From Patescibacteria group bacterium (GTDB lineage: Bacteria; Patescibacteriota; Minisyncoccia; Phycocordibacterales; Phycocordibacteraceae): a stretch of DNA of 64,000 nucleotides. Below the pieces are notes generated by a model, which searched no databases, was not told the DNA's origin, and saw nothing but the letters and a program-made list of their open reading frames with translations. This document shows, one piece after another, positions 8,998 through 18,098 of this stretch. Location of the stretch: positions 80,299-144,298 of the forward strand of contig JAIETW010000001.1 of NCBI GenBank assembly GCA_019744845.1, written 5' to 3'. Each line of letters opens with the position of its first letter. Positions within the stretch are counted from its first letter, which is position 1. Made by a program: the position numbers and the translations under genes.

Positions 8998-9666
8998 CTA
9001 GCGCCAGTCTATTGGCGTAAGTCCGTTCGTCTCCAGATACGCATTCGCTTTTGAAAACGGCTTGCTGCCGAAGAATCCTCCATGTGCAGAGAATGGTGAA
9101 GGGTGTGGAGATTCAATGACCAAATGCTTGGCGCGATCTATGTGTGCCCCCTTAGAGCGTGCATAGTTACCCCAAAGAATAAATACGAGATGCTCTCGTT
9201 CTTCAGAGAGCGTACGTATCACCGCATCCGTAAACTCCTCCCATCCTTTTCCTTGATGTGAGCCAGCGGCACCTGCGCGTACGGTAAGCGTGGCATTCAA
9301 GAGAAGTACGCCTTGTGTTGCCCATCGCGAGAGATCTCCATTTATCACGTCTGAATCCACACCTGTGTCCTCTTGTACCTCTTTAAATATGTTACGGAGT
9401 GAGGGAGGGTTCTGTACCCCATGGGAGACCGCAAACGAGAGCCCTATCGCTTGTTTTGGCCCGTGGTAGGGGTCTTGGCCGAGTATCACTACCTTCACTT
9501 GATTAAAAGGACACAAATCAAATGCGGCAAAGATATTCTTCGGTGCGGGATATACCGTGTTCTTCTGATATTCCGTTTTTACAAACGCACTGAGCTCCTT
9601 GAAGTATGGCTTCTCAAATTCTTCAGCGAGCTTCTCTTTCCACGAAGACTCAATAACAACACTCAT
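8998..9666 (-). CDS. ung: Uracil-DNA glycosylase, family 1
   Basis: GQDPYHGPKQAIGLSF motif and the C-terminal HPSPFSA (HPSPLS) motif. Length 222 aa. Confidence 0.9.
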   Translation of the reverse strand: MSVVIESSWKEKLAEEFEKPYFKELSAFVKTEYQKNTVYPAPKNIFAAFDLCPFNQVKVVILGQDPYHGPKQAIGLSFAVSHGVQNPPSLRNIFKEVQEDTGVDSDVINGDLSRWATQGVLLLNATLTVRAGAAGSHQGKGWEEFTDAVIRTLSEEREHLVFILWGNYARSKGAHIDRAKHLVIESPHPSPFSAHGGFFGSKPFSKANAYLETNGLTPIDWR

Positions 9667-9670
9667 GGCA

Positions 9671-9985
9671 CTACTTAGAAAGGTGAATCTCTATATTCTG
9701 TCGTTCTTTTGGAGATATACGTTCTTTGAGGATTTCTTGAAGAATATTTCTAAGTACTTCAGGAGGATAGTAGAGAGTCTTTTTCCCTGTATGGGAAAGA
9801 GGAGCACCTTGTGAAGTCGCAAGTACGGCATCTATCACGCCAATATGCCTCTGCCCAGTAATCGCCGTAACCGCGTCCACAAGACCGGTGCGGGATAGGT
9901 GACCCTTGGTTTTCTCACGACTCTTACGATTATCAAGATTATCTTTAATCTGTTGATGAAATGCAGACAGTTTTCGCTCAGTCAT
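9671..9985 (-). CDS. Hypothetical protein
   Basis: The 104-aa ORF is packed between ung and the MGMT gene on the same strand. No recognised motif. Confidence 0.35.
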   Translation of the reverse strand: MTERKLSAFHQQIKDNLDNRKSREKTKGHLSRTGLVDAVTAITGQRHIGVIDAVLATSQGAPLSHTGKKTLYYPPEVLRNILQEILKERISPKERQNIEIHLSK

Positions 9986-9992
9986 AACTGCA

Positions 9993-10250
9993 TTATAGCG
10001 CTCCTTCCTCTTCTAGCAGTTTTCGCTTCCGTGCTTCCCCTCCACGGTTATAGTCTCCTATCTTTCCATCTGCGCGGACCACGCGATGGCATGGAACGGT
10101 GGGATCGTAATTATTCTTCATCACGAGTCCCACCGCACGTGCCGCGCCTGGATGTCCTGCAGCGAGAGCCACCTGACCGTAGGTCATAGTTTTCCCTTTC
10201 TTGATCTTACGCACAATATCGCGTACCCGATCTGGAAACCGTGACTTCAT
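9993..10250 (-). CDS. Standalone MGMT/Ogt C-terminal domain protein (methylated-DNA--protein-cysteine methyltransferase, DNA-binding domain)
   Basis: VPCHRVV active-site motif (PCHR) with the cysteine retained, preceded by an HTH-like segment TYGQVALAAGHPGAARAVG. Only 85 aa; the N-terminal Ogt domain is absent. Confidence 0.75.
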   Translation of the reverse strand: MKSRFPDRVRDIVRKIKKGKTMTYGQVALAAGHPGAARAVGLVMKNNYDPTVPCHRVVRADGKIGDYNRGGEARKRKLLEEEGAL

Positions 10251-10252
10251 AG

Positions 10253-11029
10253 CTATTTTTTCTTCTTAGTCTGGTACTTCCAAAGCACCTTGCCCGCCTC
10301 TTCCCGATACGTACAAAAATCACATGGTCCTCCTCCAAAAGCAGTGCCAACAGATGGAAGTTCGTCACTCATAAGTGTTTCTTTCAATTCTCCCAGCATT
10401 GGTTCTACCCATGCGTCATCTCCCGTGTAGGCAACGAGATTAATATCAAACTCAAGCTTTGCATCAAATGCCTTTCGGTCGGTAATACCGTTTGCATATA
10501 CAAAGTATCCGGTTGGAGATACTTCAAATCCGTTTTGACGAAACAGCCACTGATACACCTCAATCTGTTTCTTGTATGAAGGGTACAAGTCATCAGCAGT
10601 GGTAGGCGCTTCTTTCTTAGAGGTTGCTTTGTAGTCCACGATAATCAACTCTCCGGATGGAGTCGTCCATACATCGTCTATACCTCCACGAATAATAAGA
10701 TTCGTCTTCTCGTGGTGCGTCTTAATGCCGCGGCGTAGTGCATCTCGCCACTCTTCAAGACGATCATCCTTAAACGGAACGGCATCTACCCCGTACTTTT
10801 CACTCAAAGGATGCTTCGTGCCATTGGCACGGTGCACATCGAACTCCTTCTTAAAGAGCTCGTCTACCGCATTGTTGAGGGTAAAGGAGGGTCCTGAGGG
10901 GCGTTTAACGCCAAAGCGAAGGTCTAGATAAGAACAACGGCGACACTCAGTGAACGTATCAATCTTGGAACGACTGAGGGTAAAGGGTTCCGAGGACTTC
11001 GGATCAAAGGTCTTAGACTTCCAGGCCAT
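10253..11029 (-). CDS. PD-(D/E)XK nuclease, RecB/Cas4-like, with putative Fe-S cluster cysteines
   Basis: Motif II GGIDDV and motif III IIVDYKAT (D...D-Y-K), a RecB/Cas4-family nuclease core. N-terminal CRRC (CxxC) and C-terminal CDFC (CxxC) cysteine pairs. Confidence 0.6.
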   Translation of the reverse strand: MAWKSKTFDPKSSEPFTLSRSKIDTFTECRRCSYLDLRFGVKRPSGPSFTLNNAVDELFKKEFDVHRANGTKHPLSEKYGVDAVPFKDDRLEEWRDALRRGIKTHHEKTNLIIRGGIDDVWTTPSGELIIVDYKATSKKEAPTTADDLYPSYKKQIEVYQWLFRQNGFEVSPTGYFVYANGITDRKAFDAKLEFDINLVAYTGDDAWVEPMLGELKETLMSDELPSVGTAFGGGPCDFCTYREEAGKVLWKYQTKKKK

Positions 11030-11037
11030 ACCAACGA

Positions 11038-11868
11038 TTATACAGGAGATGCGAGCGCATCGCTTTCAGCGACAATTGCCCCTATACGATCCGCGGGAAT
11101 GGCAATAGAGCGGAGCACATCTCGTGAGCTTCTGAGCTGGTTAATGGTCACTATTCCCTTGTCTATAAGAAGCTTCTTCTCTGCCTTACGAAGTGACATG
11201 AGAGCAGTGATTGGAAATACTCCAGAGGCGATAATACGGTCATAGAGATTCCCCTCTGTCGGATAGCTCCATCCAAGGAGGTTAATGCCTGAACAGCGTG
11301 CATATTGAATCGCTTGGTCAGTGAACTTCGTGTTGGTAATGAGATAGCCATGATCAACTGGGCACTTTCCACTAGTCGTCGGGTCACAGTGCCAAATGTC
11401 ATCAAAACGAGCCTTCACATACAGGGCTACTTTCACATCGGTCTTAAAGCGTGGATCGTTGTGATACTTAAGCTCTGCCGCAAGATATTCTCCCCCACGC
11501 TTCGCATAGACATCCACTTCATGCATTACACAGCGTCCTGGAATAAGTTTGCGCCACTCCACTTCCCACCCTTCAGTCTTAAATATCTCCGCAACAAAGT
11601 CTTCAAAGGGGTGTCCGGTAGGACCAAACTCAAAGAGCGCACGACGGAGACTGTAGCGAGCAGCTGCAGGACGTGCTTCCTGCTTAAGCATCGTCATCGC
11701 ACGCTTATAAATTTCTTCCGTGGAAGAGCCTGGTGCAAGAGAATCTTGAATAGTCTGTCGTATACGACGTGCCGTATGATCTCCGGCACCCACGCGATAC
11801 AAGGAGGCTTCTAGTTTCGCGCCGTCGAATGTCTCTACGGTTCCGTCCGATTTAACAATTGCGGTCAT
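11038..11868 (-). CDS. ATP-cone domain fused to an Mrr-like (restriction endonuclease-type) catalytic domain
   Basis: The N-terminus AIVKSDGTVETFDGAKLEASLYRVG...YKRAMTMLKQE resembles the NrdR/RNR ATP-cone. The downstream FEDFVAEIFKTEGWEV...VDVYAKRGGEYLAAELKYH resembles Mrr_cat (D...E/Q-x-K). Confidence 0.55.
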   Translation of the reverse strand: MTAIVKSDGTVETFDGAKLEASLYRVGAGDHTARRIRQTIQDSLAPGSSTEEIYKRAMTMLKQEARPAAARYSLRRALFEFGPTGHPFEDFVAEIFKTEGWEVEWRKLIPGRCVMHEVDVYAKRGGEYLAAELKYHNDPRFKTDVKVALYVKARFDDIWHCDPTTSGKCPVDHGYLITNTKFTDQAIQYARCSGINLLGWSYPTEGNLYDRIIASGVFPITALMSLRKAEKKLLIDKGIVTINQLRSSRDVLRSIAIPADRIGAIVAESDALASPV

Positions 11869-12251
11869 AGTGTTTCAGTAATTATTGCCTTTATTCCGTT
11901 TACATATACTGCACTACGAGTGTTTTCCTCCACCTCAACTTCTCCAGAAAACTCTTTGATCGTAGGAAGCATCAAACACGCCTCAGTATCTTCTTCTACC
12001 GCTACCTCAATATGAATAACACCTTCTTCAGAAAGAATAGGGGCTGCTGACACTCCAGTGCAACGAGTCGGAACTCGGACCGATCCCTCAAATGCGTATA
12101 CACCATCTTCGTATGACTCACTCAACGTCACAAGAGGCGCTTCGGGGCGTACATATTCATCCTCCGCAATAGACGCGTCTATGCGAAGCGCAAGAGAAGC
12201 GGTACCGATGAGTACAAGGCTGCCAATGCTTGCGAGAATCAGAGAACGCAT
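11865..12251 (-). CDS. Hypothetical secreted/lipoprotein-like protein
   Basis: Signal-peptide-like MRSLILASIGSLVLIGTASLA. The start was chosen at the internal Met to avoid an overlap with mnmA. Confidence 0.4.
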   Translation of the reverse strand: MRSLILASIGSLVLIGTASLALRIDASIAEDEYVRPEAPLVTLSESYEDGVYAFEGSVRVPTRCTGVSAAPILSEEGVIHIEVAVEEDTEACLMLPTIKEFSGEVEVEENTRSAVYVNGIKAIITETL

Positions 12252-12253
12252 GT

Positions 12254-13288
12254 TCAGCCTATGATACCACCGCCTAGACACTGTTCTCCACGGTATAACA
12301 CCATAGATTGCCCCGCGGCGACTGGTTCAGGGAATGATTCAGAAGAACGAAAGACACCTGACGAATCTATTTCGCCCCGGACGATAGGACCATGGTAGCG
12401 ATACTGCGCTTCCACTACTCCTTCTGGTGCTTTTCCTGAAAACCAATTCACCTCATGAAGTGCAACTCCTTCATCGTGTACTTCAGTCTCTCGTGTATGG
12501 CTGACGACAAGTACATTCTCTAATATACGCTTCATAGATACATACCAAGGTCCTGGCGCAGCGTTTACAAGAGAAATGCGTTCTCCGAGAGTGTGTAAAA
12601 GTACACCATCGTGTATTCCCACTTCATTTCCGTCCGTATCTACCGCTTTTCCTGGAGCAGTACCAAATTCTGCACGCAGAAACTCTTCTACGGAGATACT
12701 TCCAAGGAAACAGATCCCCTGGCTATCTCTTTTCTCCGCAACCGGAAGGTTGAACGATTTTGCCAGTTCTCTAGTCTTTCCTTTCACAAATCCTCCTACA
12801 GGGAAAAGAGTCATGGCAAGTGGTTCAGGCTCTATAGCCCAAAGAAAATAACTCTGATCCTTTGCAGGATCATTGCCACGAAGCAGTCTGCCGCCACTGT
12901 GTGTCTGTGCATAGTGTCCTGTGGCAATGAAGTCTGCCCCCGCCTTCTTTGCGTACTCATAAAACACACCAAACTTCACTTCCCGATTACACATCACGTC
13001 TGGGTTTGGTGTGCGTCCACGAGCATATTCAGCCAGCAGGTAGTCTATGACTCCCTTTTTATACTCTAGAGAGGCATCAAGTGTATGAAATGGAATACGA
13101 AGACGTGCCGCAACTCGCATAGCGTCTCGTCTATCCTCTGCCCAGCTACACGGAAGTCCAGGAGGATACCAACCTTTAATAAAAACGCCCGTGACCTCGT
13201 ATCCTTGCTGCTTCAAGAGTGCCGCAGATACTGCAGAGTCTACTCCACCTGAAAGACCTACGTAAACTTTCTTACTTTTTCCGATCAT
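12254..13288 (-). CDS. mnmA: tRNA-specific 2-thiouridylase MnmA
   Basis: PP-loop motif VGLSGGVDSAV, conserved Cys positions (CSWAED, MCNREVKF) and ATGHYA. Confidence 0.88.
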   Translation of the reverse strand: MIGKSKKVYVGLSGGVDSAVSAALLKQQGYEVTGVFIKGWYPPGLPCSWAEDRRDAMRVAARLRIPFHTLDASLEYKKGVIDYLLAEYARGRTPNPDVMCNREVKFGVFYEYAKKAGADFIATGHYAQTHSGGRLLRGNDPAKDQSYFLWAIEPEPLAMTLFPVGGFVKGKTRELAKSFNLPVAEKRDSQGICFLGSISVEEFLRAEFGTAPGKAVDTDGNEVGIHDGVLLHTLGERISLVNAAPGPWYVSMKRILENVLVVSHTRETEVHDEGVALHEVNWFSGKAPEGVVEAQYRYHGPIVRGEIDSSGVFRSSESFPEPVAAGQSMVLYRGEQCLGGGIIG

Positions 13289-14129
13289 GCTGTATTAATT
13301 CCTCCACTTCAGTTGCGGTAAGCATAGGGAGCTTCTCTGGGGCTCCAGGTTGCTTATGAATCAAGAGCACCGACTGAGCATCAGTCCCTGCGTCGGAGTC
13401 TCCAATGGCATATCGGATTTCAAGTGTACCTCCTGTTTCTTTCTGTACCTCCTCTACCCAGGCTTTAATGAAAATATTGAAGTGTATGGGAATTTGGATA
13501 AGCATCAACCCATCTTCACGAACCAAGTCATACCAGGTCTGAAGTAGTGCTCCGACAGTTCTTGTATCCGTAGGACTAAACTCAAGACCCTTACCCATTC
13601 GTTCTATCAAGAGGTCTAACTTCTCTCCTTGAAGTTCTTTACGAAGATGCTCATAGAGATCAGGGTCACGAAGGTCACCTTCTATGACGGTGTGGTTCAG
13701 TGCAGCATCCGCAGCACGCATCTCTTCAGTACGCCACTCAGTACTTGGACGAAACCTCTCATCAAACAAGGCAACACCGAATGAACGTTTAAAGAATCCA
13801 GGAGTAAATGCCTTCGCAATATTAGATCCCACACCTCCAAAATCAGCAAAAACCGCGTCACCCCAACGTGCTTTGAGCACTTCCTCTATGTAATCCTTAA
13901 GAAGCTTTGTTCCTTCAGGAAGCACGTCCTTAAACGTCTCATAGTATGAAAGTGAGCTCCCACCTTTGTAATCAAGATCAGTATCAAGCCAGAAATACCG
14001 ATCAAATATAGATTGAGGATTCGTCTTAAAACGATCAATTAAACGCTTGGTCTGACGCTCAGTTTCTTCATGAGCAACTCTCCGGTCATCTCCTTGCGGG
14101 AACCGACTTGATTTGTGCGAGTCGGACAT
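13272..14129 (-). CDS. Hypothetical protein with a possible Rossmann / SAM-MTase-like motif
   Basis: VFADFGGVGSN resembles methyltransferase motif I. Overlaps the mnmA start by 17 nt. No firm family assignment. Confidence 0.35.
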   Translation of the reverse strand: MSDSHKSSRFPQGDDRRVAHEETERQTKRLIDRFKTNPQSIFDRYFWLDTDLDYKGGSSLSYYETFKDVLPEGTKLLKDYIEEVLKARWGDAVFADFGGVGSNIAKAFTPGFFKRSFGVALFDERFRPSTEWRTEEMRAADAALNHTVIEGDLRDPDLYEHLRKELQGEKLDLLIERMGKGLEFSPTDTRTVGALLQTWYDLVREDGLMLIQIPIHFNIFIKAWVEEVQKETGGTLEIRYAIGDSDAGTDAQSVLLIHKQPGAPEKLPMLTATEVEELIQHDRKK

Positions 14130-14135
14130 AAAACG

Positions 14136-15524
14136 TTACGACCGAGCAATCTTTTCTGCGTATCCTGTATAGGAACCAGGAGAAAGTGCAATCAATTCTT
14201 CACGAACTTTCTCAGGAAGTGGAAGTTCCCATACAAATGCACGGATATCTTCGAGAGTAAGAGATGCGCCGCGAGTAAGATCCTTCAGTTTCTCATAGGC
14301 ACCAGTTTGTCCCTCGCGGCGAAGTACGGTCTGAATCGCTTCTGCGAGCACCTCTGGGTGTGCATCAAGTGCATCAGTTACTGCCTTCTCATTCACATAG
14401 ATCTTGCCAAGGCCGGTGAGGAGCATGCGGTACCCGATGAGGGAGTGCGCAAGGGCAAGACCAAAGGTGCGCTCTACGGTTGAATCAGAAAGATCACGCT
14501 GAAGACGAGAGATAGGAAGTTTACGAGCGTAGTGTTCACAAAGTGCATTTGCGACACCCAAGTTCCCTTCTGAATTCTCAAAATCAATAGGATTCACCTT
14601 GTGCGGCATGGTAGAAGAACCGACTTCACCCTCTTTTGGTCTTTGCACTACCCAGCCATCAGAGATGTAGCGCCACATATCCTGGTTAAACCCAATCAAA
14701 ATCGTATTGATGTGTCTGAGTGAATCAAATAACGCGACATAGCTGTCATGGCATTCAATCTGCGTGGTGTAGAGATTTGCCTCAAGCGCGTATGTACGAT
14801 TCACGTTAAAACGATCAATAAAACGCTCACTAAATGCCATCCAATCTATCTGAGGAAAGGCAACGACATGTGCGTTCCAGTTACCCGTCGCTCCATTAAG
14901 TTTTGCTTGAATACGAGTGTTCTTAAGAACGGCAAGGCGACGTTCTATTCGCTTTGCGAATACCTTAAACTCTTTCCCAAAGGTAGTCGGCGTTGCAGAT
15001 TGTCCATGAGTACGAGCAAGCATTGCGAGACCTGCATGTGCGTCTGAGAATTTTGTAAGCTCTCCAATAATCTTCTCTACCTCTGGCCCAAGTGCCTTCT
15101 CTACTGCATCGGAAAGCATGAGCGCATACGCAATGTTGTTCACATCTTCAGAGGTAAGACCGAAATGTACCCATTCACTCTTGGATTCAAGAGAAGTGCC
15201 TTTTAGTTTTCCCTTAATAAAGTACTCAACTGCCTTCACGTCATGACGAGTCGCAAGAATACCCTCGTATCCTTCGGTTTCTATCTTCTTTACGATTTCT
15301 GCATCAGTCTCTGATACGTCTGCAATACGATCTAGCAACTTCTTCTCTTCGTCGGTAAGAGAGATGCCGAGCGCAGGTTCTTCTGCGAGTGCTTTAAGGT
15401 ACTCACACTCTACTAGTACGCGGTATCGAATAAGACCACACTCGCTCACAAATGGAGACAGAGTTTCACCTACTAGCTTGGCGTATCGCCCATCTACCGA
15501 AGAAATGTTCGTAAGGTTGCTCAT
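14136..15524 (-). CDS. purB: Adenylosuccinate lyase
   Basis: Begins with the SVDGRY signature. Length 462 aa. Fumarate-lyase family. Confidence 0.88.
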   Translation of the reverse strand: MSNLTNISSVDGRYAKLVGETLSPFVSECGLIRYRVLVECEYLKALAEEPALGISLTDEEKKLLDRIADVSETDAEIVKKIETEGYEGILATRHDVKAVEYFIKGKLKGTSLESKSEWVHFGLTSEDVNNIAYALMLSDAVEKALGPEVEKIIGELTKFSDAHAGLAMLARTHGQSATPTTFGKEFKVFAKRIERRLAVLKNTRIQAKLNGATGNWNAHVVAFPQIDWMAFSERFIDRFNVNRTYALEANLYTTQIECHDSYVALFDSLRHINTILIGFNQDMWRYISDGWVVQRPKEGEVGSSTMPHKVNPIDFENSEGNLGVANALCEHYARKLPISRLQRDLSDSTVERTFGLALAHSLIGYRMLLTGLGKIYVNEKAVTDALDAHPEVLAEAIQTVLRREGQTGAYEKLKDLTRGASLTLEDIRAFVWELPLPEKVREELIALSPGSYTGYAEKIARS

Positions 15525-16417
15525 ATGTTGCTTGTTTCCATGAGGGCGGCGACGCGCGCATACTTGTCTTCTATCTGTGACATCTCCTCGCCATCACGGA
15601 ATGACTGCTTACTGACATCATTCCAGTTCTGATCGCGAAGACGCCAGCTATCGTTATCAATGACGTCTGAAATCACCACACGGTTATCAATCGTACGGCC
15701 GAATTCAATCTTCAGATCTACAAGCTTGAAATCGTGCATCTCAAAGAATGCTTCAAGTGTTTCAAGTGTCCGTACAATGGCTGACTCCATTTCATTAATC
15801 GTTGCACCCTTAAGTACACGCTCAGCATCAACTGTTCGGTTCAAGAAAGCGGCAGGCTCTTCGCCAGGAGTTTTTGAGTGCATAAGACGCCAGGTTCCTT
15901 CGCGCGGGTTTTCAATAAACGGATCCTCTTCTCCTTTCTGTGGATCAAGACCTTCAGCGAGGACGGTACCGTCCTCATCTATAAGTCCACCCTTAGTGGT
16001 CTTGAGAAAAAACTCAACCACTGGAGGATCAAAGCGGTGTGGTGGTTCTCCTTCTGCAACTGCAAATTCAGGACGACGCTTCAGGTAACTCCCAAAAGCG
16101 TAACGACGCACCACCACTTCAAGTGGAATCATGGTGCACGCCAGACTAAGAAACTCGGTATCAGAAAGCTGACGTACGTAGGAAGTAGGAATCCCCTTTG
16201 CGTTCAACATTTCAAACACACGGGAGGTAGTGATGTTTGAGTACTTTGCCTTCGTAGCAAATTCCTTAGTGAAGGAAGGGTCATCAAACGCCGTAATGGT
16301 GTTTTTATATTCAACAATGACGTGCGCTGGGTCACCCTCTACTGCGAAGATCTTCTTCGTCTTTCCTTCGTTAATGAGTGTCCCCCGCTCAAGTGTATCC
16401 ATAGTGAATATGCTCAT
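15521..16417 (-). CDS. purC: Phosphoribosylaminoimidazole-succinocarboxamide (SAICAR) synthase
   Basis: N-terminal EGKTKKIF motif. Length 298 aa. 4-nt overlap with purB. Confidence 0.85.
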   Translation of the reverse strand: MSIFTMDTLERGTLINEGKTKKIFAVEGDPAHVIVEYKNTITAFDDPSFTKEFATKAKYSNITTSRVFEMLNAKGIPTSYVRQLSDTEFLSLACTMIPLEVVVRRYAFGSYLKRRPEFAVAEGEPPHRFDPPVVEFFLKTTKGGLIDEDGTVLAEGLDPQKGEEDPFIENPREGTWRLMHSKTPGEEPAAFLNRTVDAERVLKGATINEMESAIVRTLETLEAFFEMHDFKLVDLKIEFGRTIDNRVVISDVIDNDSWRLRDQNWNDVSKQSFRDGEEMSQIEDKYARVAALMETSNI

Positions 16418-16426
16418 TCTAATACA

Positions 16427-17551
16427 TTATTCCCCAGGTGGAGGGAGCGTAATATTTTCTGGGTCAAAGATAACTTCGCGCTTCCCATCCTCTACCACTC
16501 CCAGATCAAGGAGGTCATATCCTGCGTCTTTTCCGATGCGAAGGGTGTCCTCTACCTGATCGGGTCCTACAAACAAGTAATATCCGATACCCCAGTTAAA
16601 GGTTTTGAGGCAATCATAGAGCGGAAGTCCAATCTGTTCGCGGAAATACTGGAACAATGGTGGCACGGTGCCCCATGAGTGTACGCGGTATGTGAACGGT
16701 CGTTTATCGTACGCAAGCTTCCCTACACCATCTCCCGTTCCAGGAAGAATGGCATGCGGCTTTACGCCCGCAGTGAGAAGCGCCTCAACGAGTGCCACAT
16801 AGGAACGTGTAGGAATAAGCGCTTCCGTACCTAGCGTGTTGCCGTTAGGAAGTTTAGTGAGGAACTGATCAGGGAGTTCAAGTGCCTTGTGAATGACCAC
16901 TGAAATCCCGTTCGCATGGAGGCCAGAAGAAGGAGCGCCAATGATGTGATCTCCTGCAGCAAGTTCTTTTCCTGTAATGAGATTCTCTTTCGGTGCAATA
17001 ATCCCGGTCACACAACCAGAAAGAGAGGGCGCGGCTTTCACTGGGGCCTCTGACTTCATAAGGTACTTAAGCGCAGGTGATTCCCCCGCAGGGAGTGCTG
17101 CGCCAATTTCCTCGCAGATCTCATAGAATCCACGTCCTAGATCATCTGCGCGCTTTTTGTCCGCAAACCAAGACGCATCTCCCACTGCAACTTCATCCGT
17201 AAACACAACCGGCATCGCACCTTGTGCAATAACATCATTGGCGGCCATAAGAACCACATCTTTAGCAATCGCGTCGTAGTACGTCTTGCCAGTGCCTTCG
17301 TTTTGGTACATCCACTCTGCGATCCAGTTTTTGTTTCCAAGACCCTCCTGGGTGTTGCACCACATATGTGACGTGTCGCCACGGTATTCAAATACGCCGC
17401 CATGTGCATGCATGACGTCTTGATTAATATAGACGCCCCGTTTATTCGGAAACGAGAGCGTGCGTGAGCCAGCAGCGATCATTGCCTGTTTGAACGGCTC
17501 CATAACGGAGTAATCAACTCCTGCTTTTGCGTTTGCGCTGTCGTTACTCAT
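16427..17551 (-). CDS. purM: Phosphoribosylformylglycinamidine cyclo-ligase (AIR synthetase)
   Basis: IIGAPSSGLHANGIS, ALIPTRSY, HAILPGTGDG and FNWGIGYYLF align with the PurM conserved blocks. Confidence 0.8.
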   Translation of the reverse strand: MSNDSANAKAGVDYSVMEPFKQAMIAAGSRTLSFPNKRGVYINQDVMHAHGGVFEYRGDTSHMWCNTQEGLGNKNWIAEWMYQNEGTGKTYYDAIAKDVVLMAANDVIAQGAMPVVFTDEVAVGDASWFADKKRADDLGRGFYEICEEIGAALPAGESPALKYLMKSEAPVKAAPSLSGCVTGIIAPKENLITGKELAAGDHIIGAPSSGLHANGISVVIHKALELPDQFLTKLPNGNTLGTEALIPTRSYVALVEALLTAGVKPHAILPGTGDGVGKLAYDKRPFTYRVHSWGTVPPLFQYFREQIGLPLYDCLKTFNWGIGYYLFVGPDQVEDTLRIGKDAGYDLLDLGVVEDGKREVIFDPENITLPPPGE

Positions 17552-18072
17552 ACCATTTGTGTGCTGTTTAGATACGCTGTGACTCCTAAAGCCTGCAACT
17601 CTTGGTTCTTCGCGTGGACCTCAGTGGCCATTTTTTCCTTGTAGGCAGTAACCTTTGTCCTCATGGCCGTATCCCCTGTGCCAATAATTTGTGCGGCAAG
17701 AATAGCCGCATTCTTCGCGCCGTTAACTGCAACGGTCACAATTGGAGTATCAGTAGGCATCTGTAAGGCTGAGTAGAGTGCGTCTACGCTCTCCGTAGAA
17801 GTGCGGAGGATTGGAACACTAATGACTGGAAGTGTAGTATGCGCTGCAACCGCCGCGCTCAACTGCGCAGCATCTCCTGCGGCACAGATGAGTGCCTTGT
17901 ATCCATCGGCTTCCGCATTCTTAACATAAGATATGAGGGCGTCTCTACTATGGTCTGCAGAGAGGGTATGTACTTTGTGATCAATACCAAATTCTGTAAG
18001 AAGAGTAGAAGCTTCCTGCATGACCGGAAGATCTGAATCTGAGCCCATAAGTATACCGACGACTGTTTTCAT
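17548..18072 (-). CDS. purE: N5-carboxyaminoimidazole ribonucleotide mutase (PurE)
   Basis: MGSDSDLPVM with the GSDSD motif. Length 174 aa. Overlaps purM by 4 nt. Confidence 0.85.
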   Translation of the reverse strand: MKTVVGILMGSDSDLPVMQEASTLLTEFGIDHKVHTLSADHSRDALISYVKNAEADGYKALICAAGDAAQLSAAVAAHTTLPVISVPILRTSTESVDALYSALQMPTDTPIVTVAVNGAKNAAILAAQIIGTGDTAMRTKVTAYKEKMATEVHAKNQELQALGVTAYLNSTQMV

Positions 18073-18098
18073 GCAATCTAATTAGATGAGTAAGTTTA

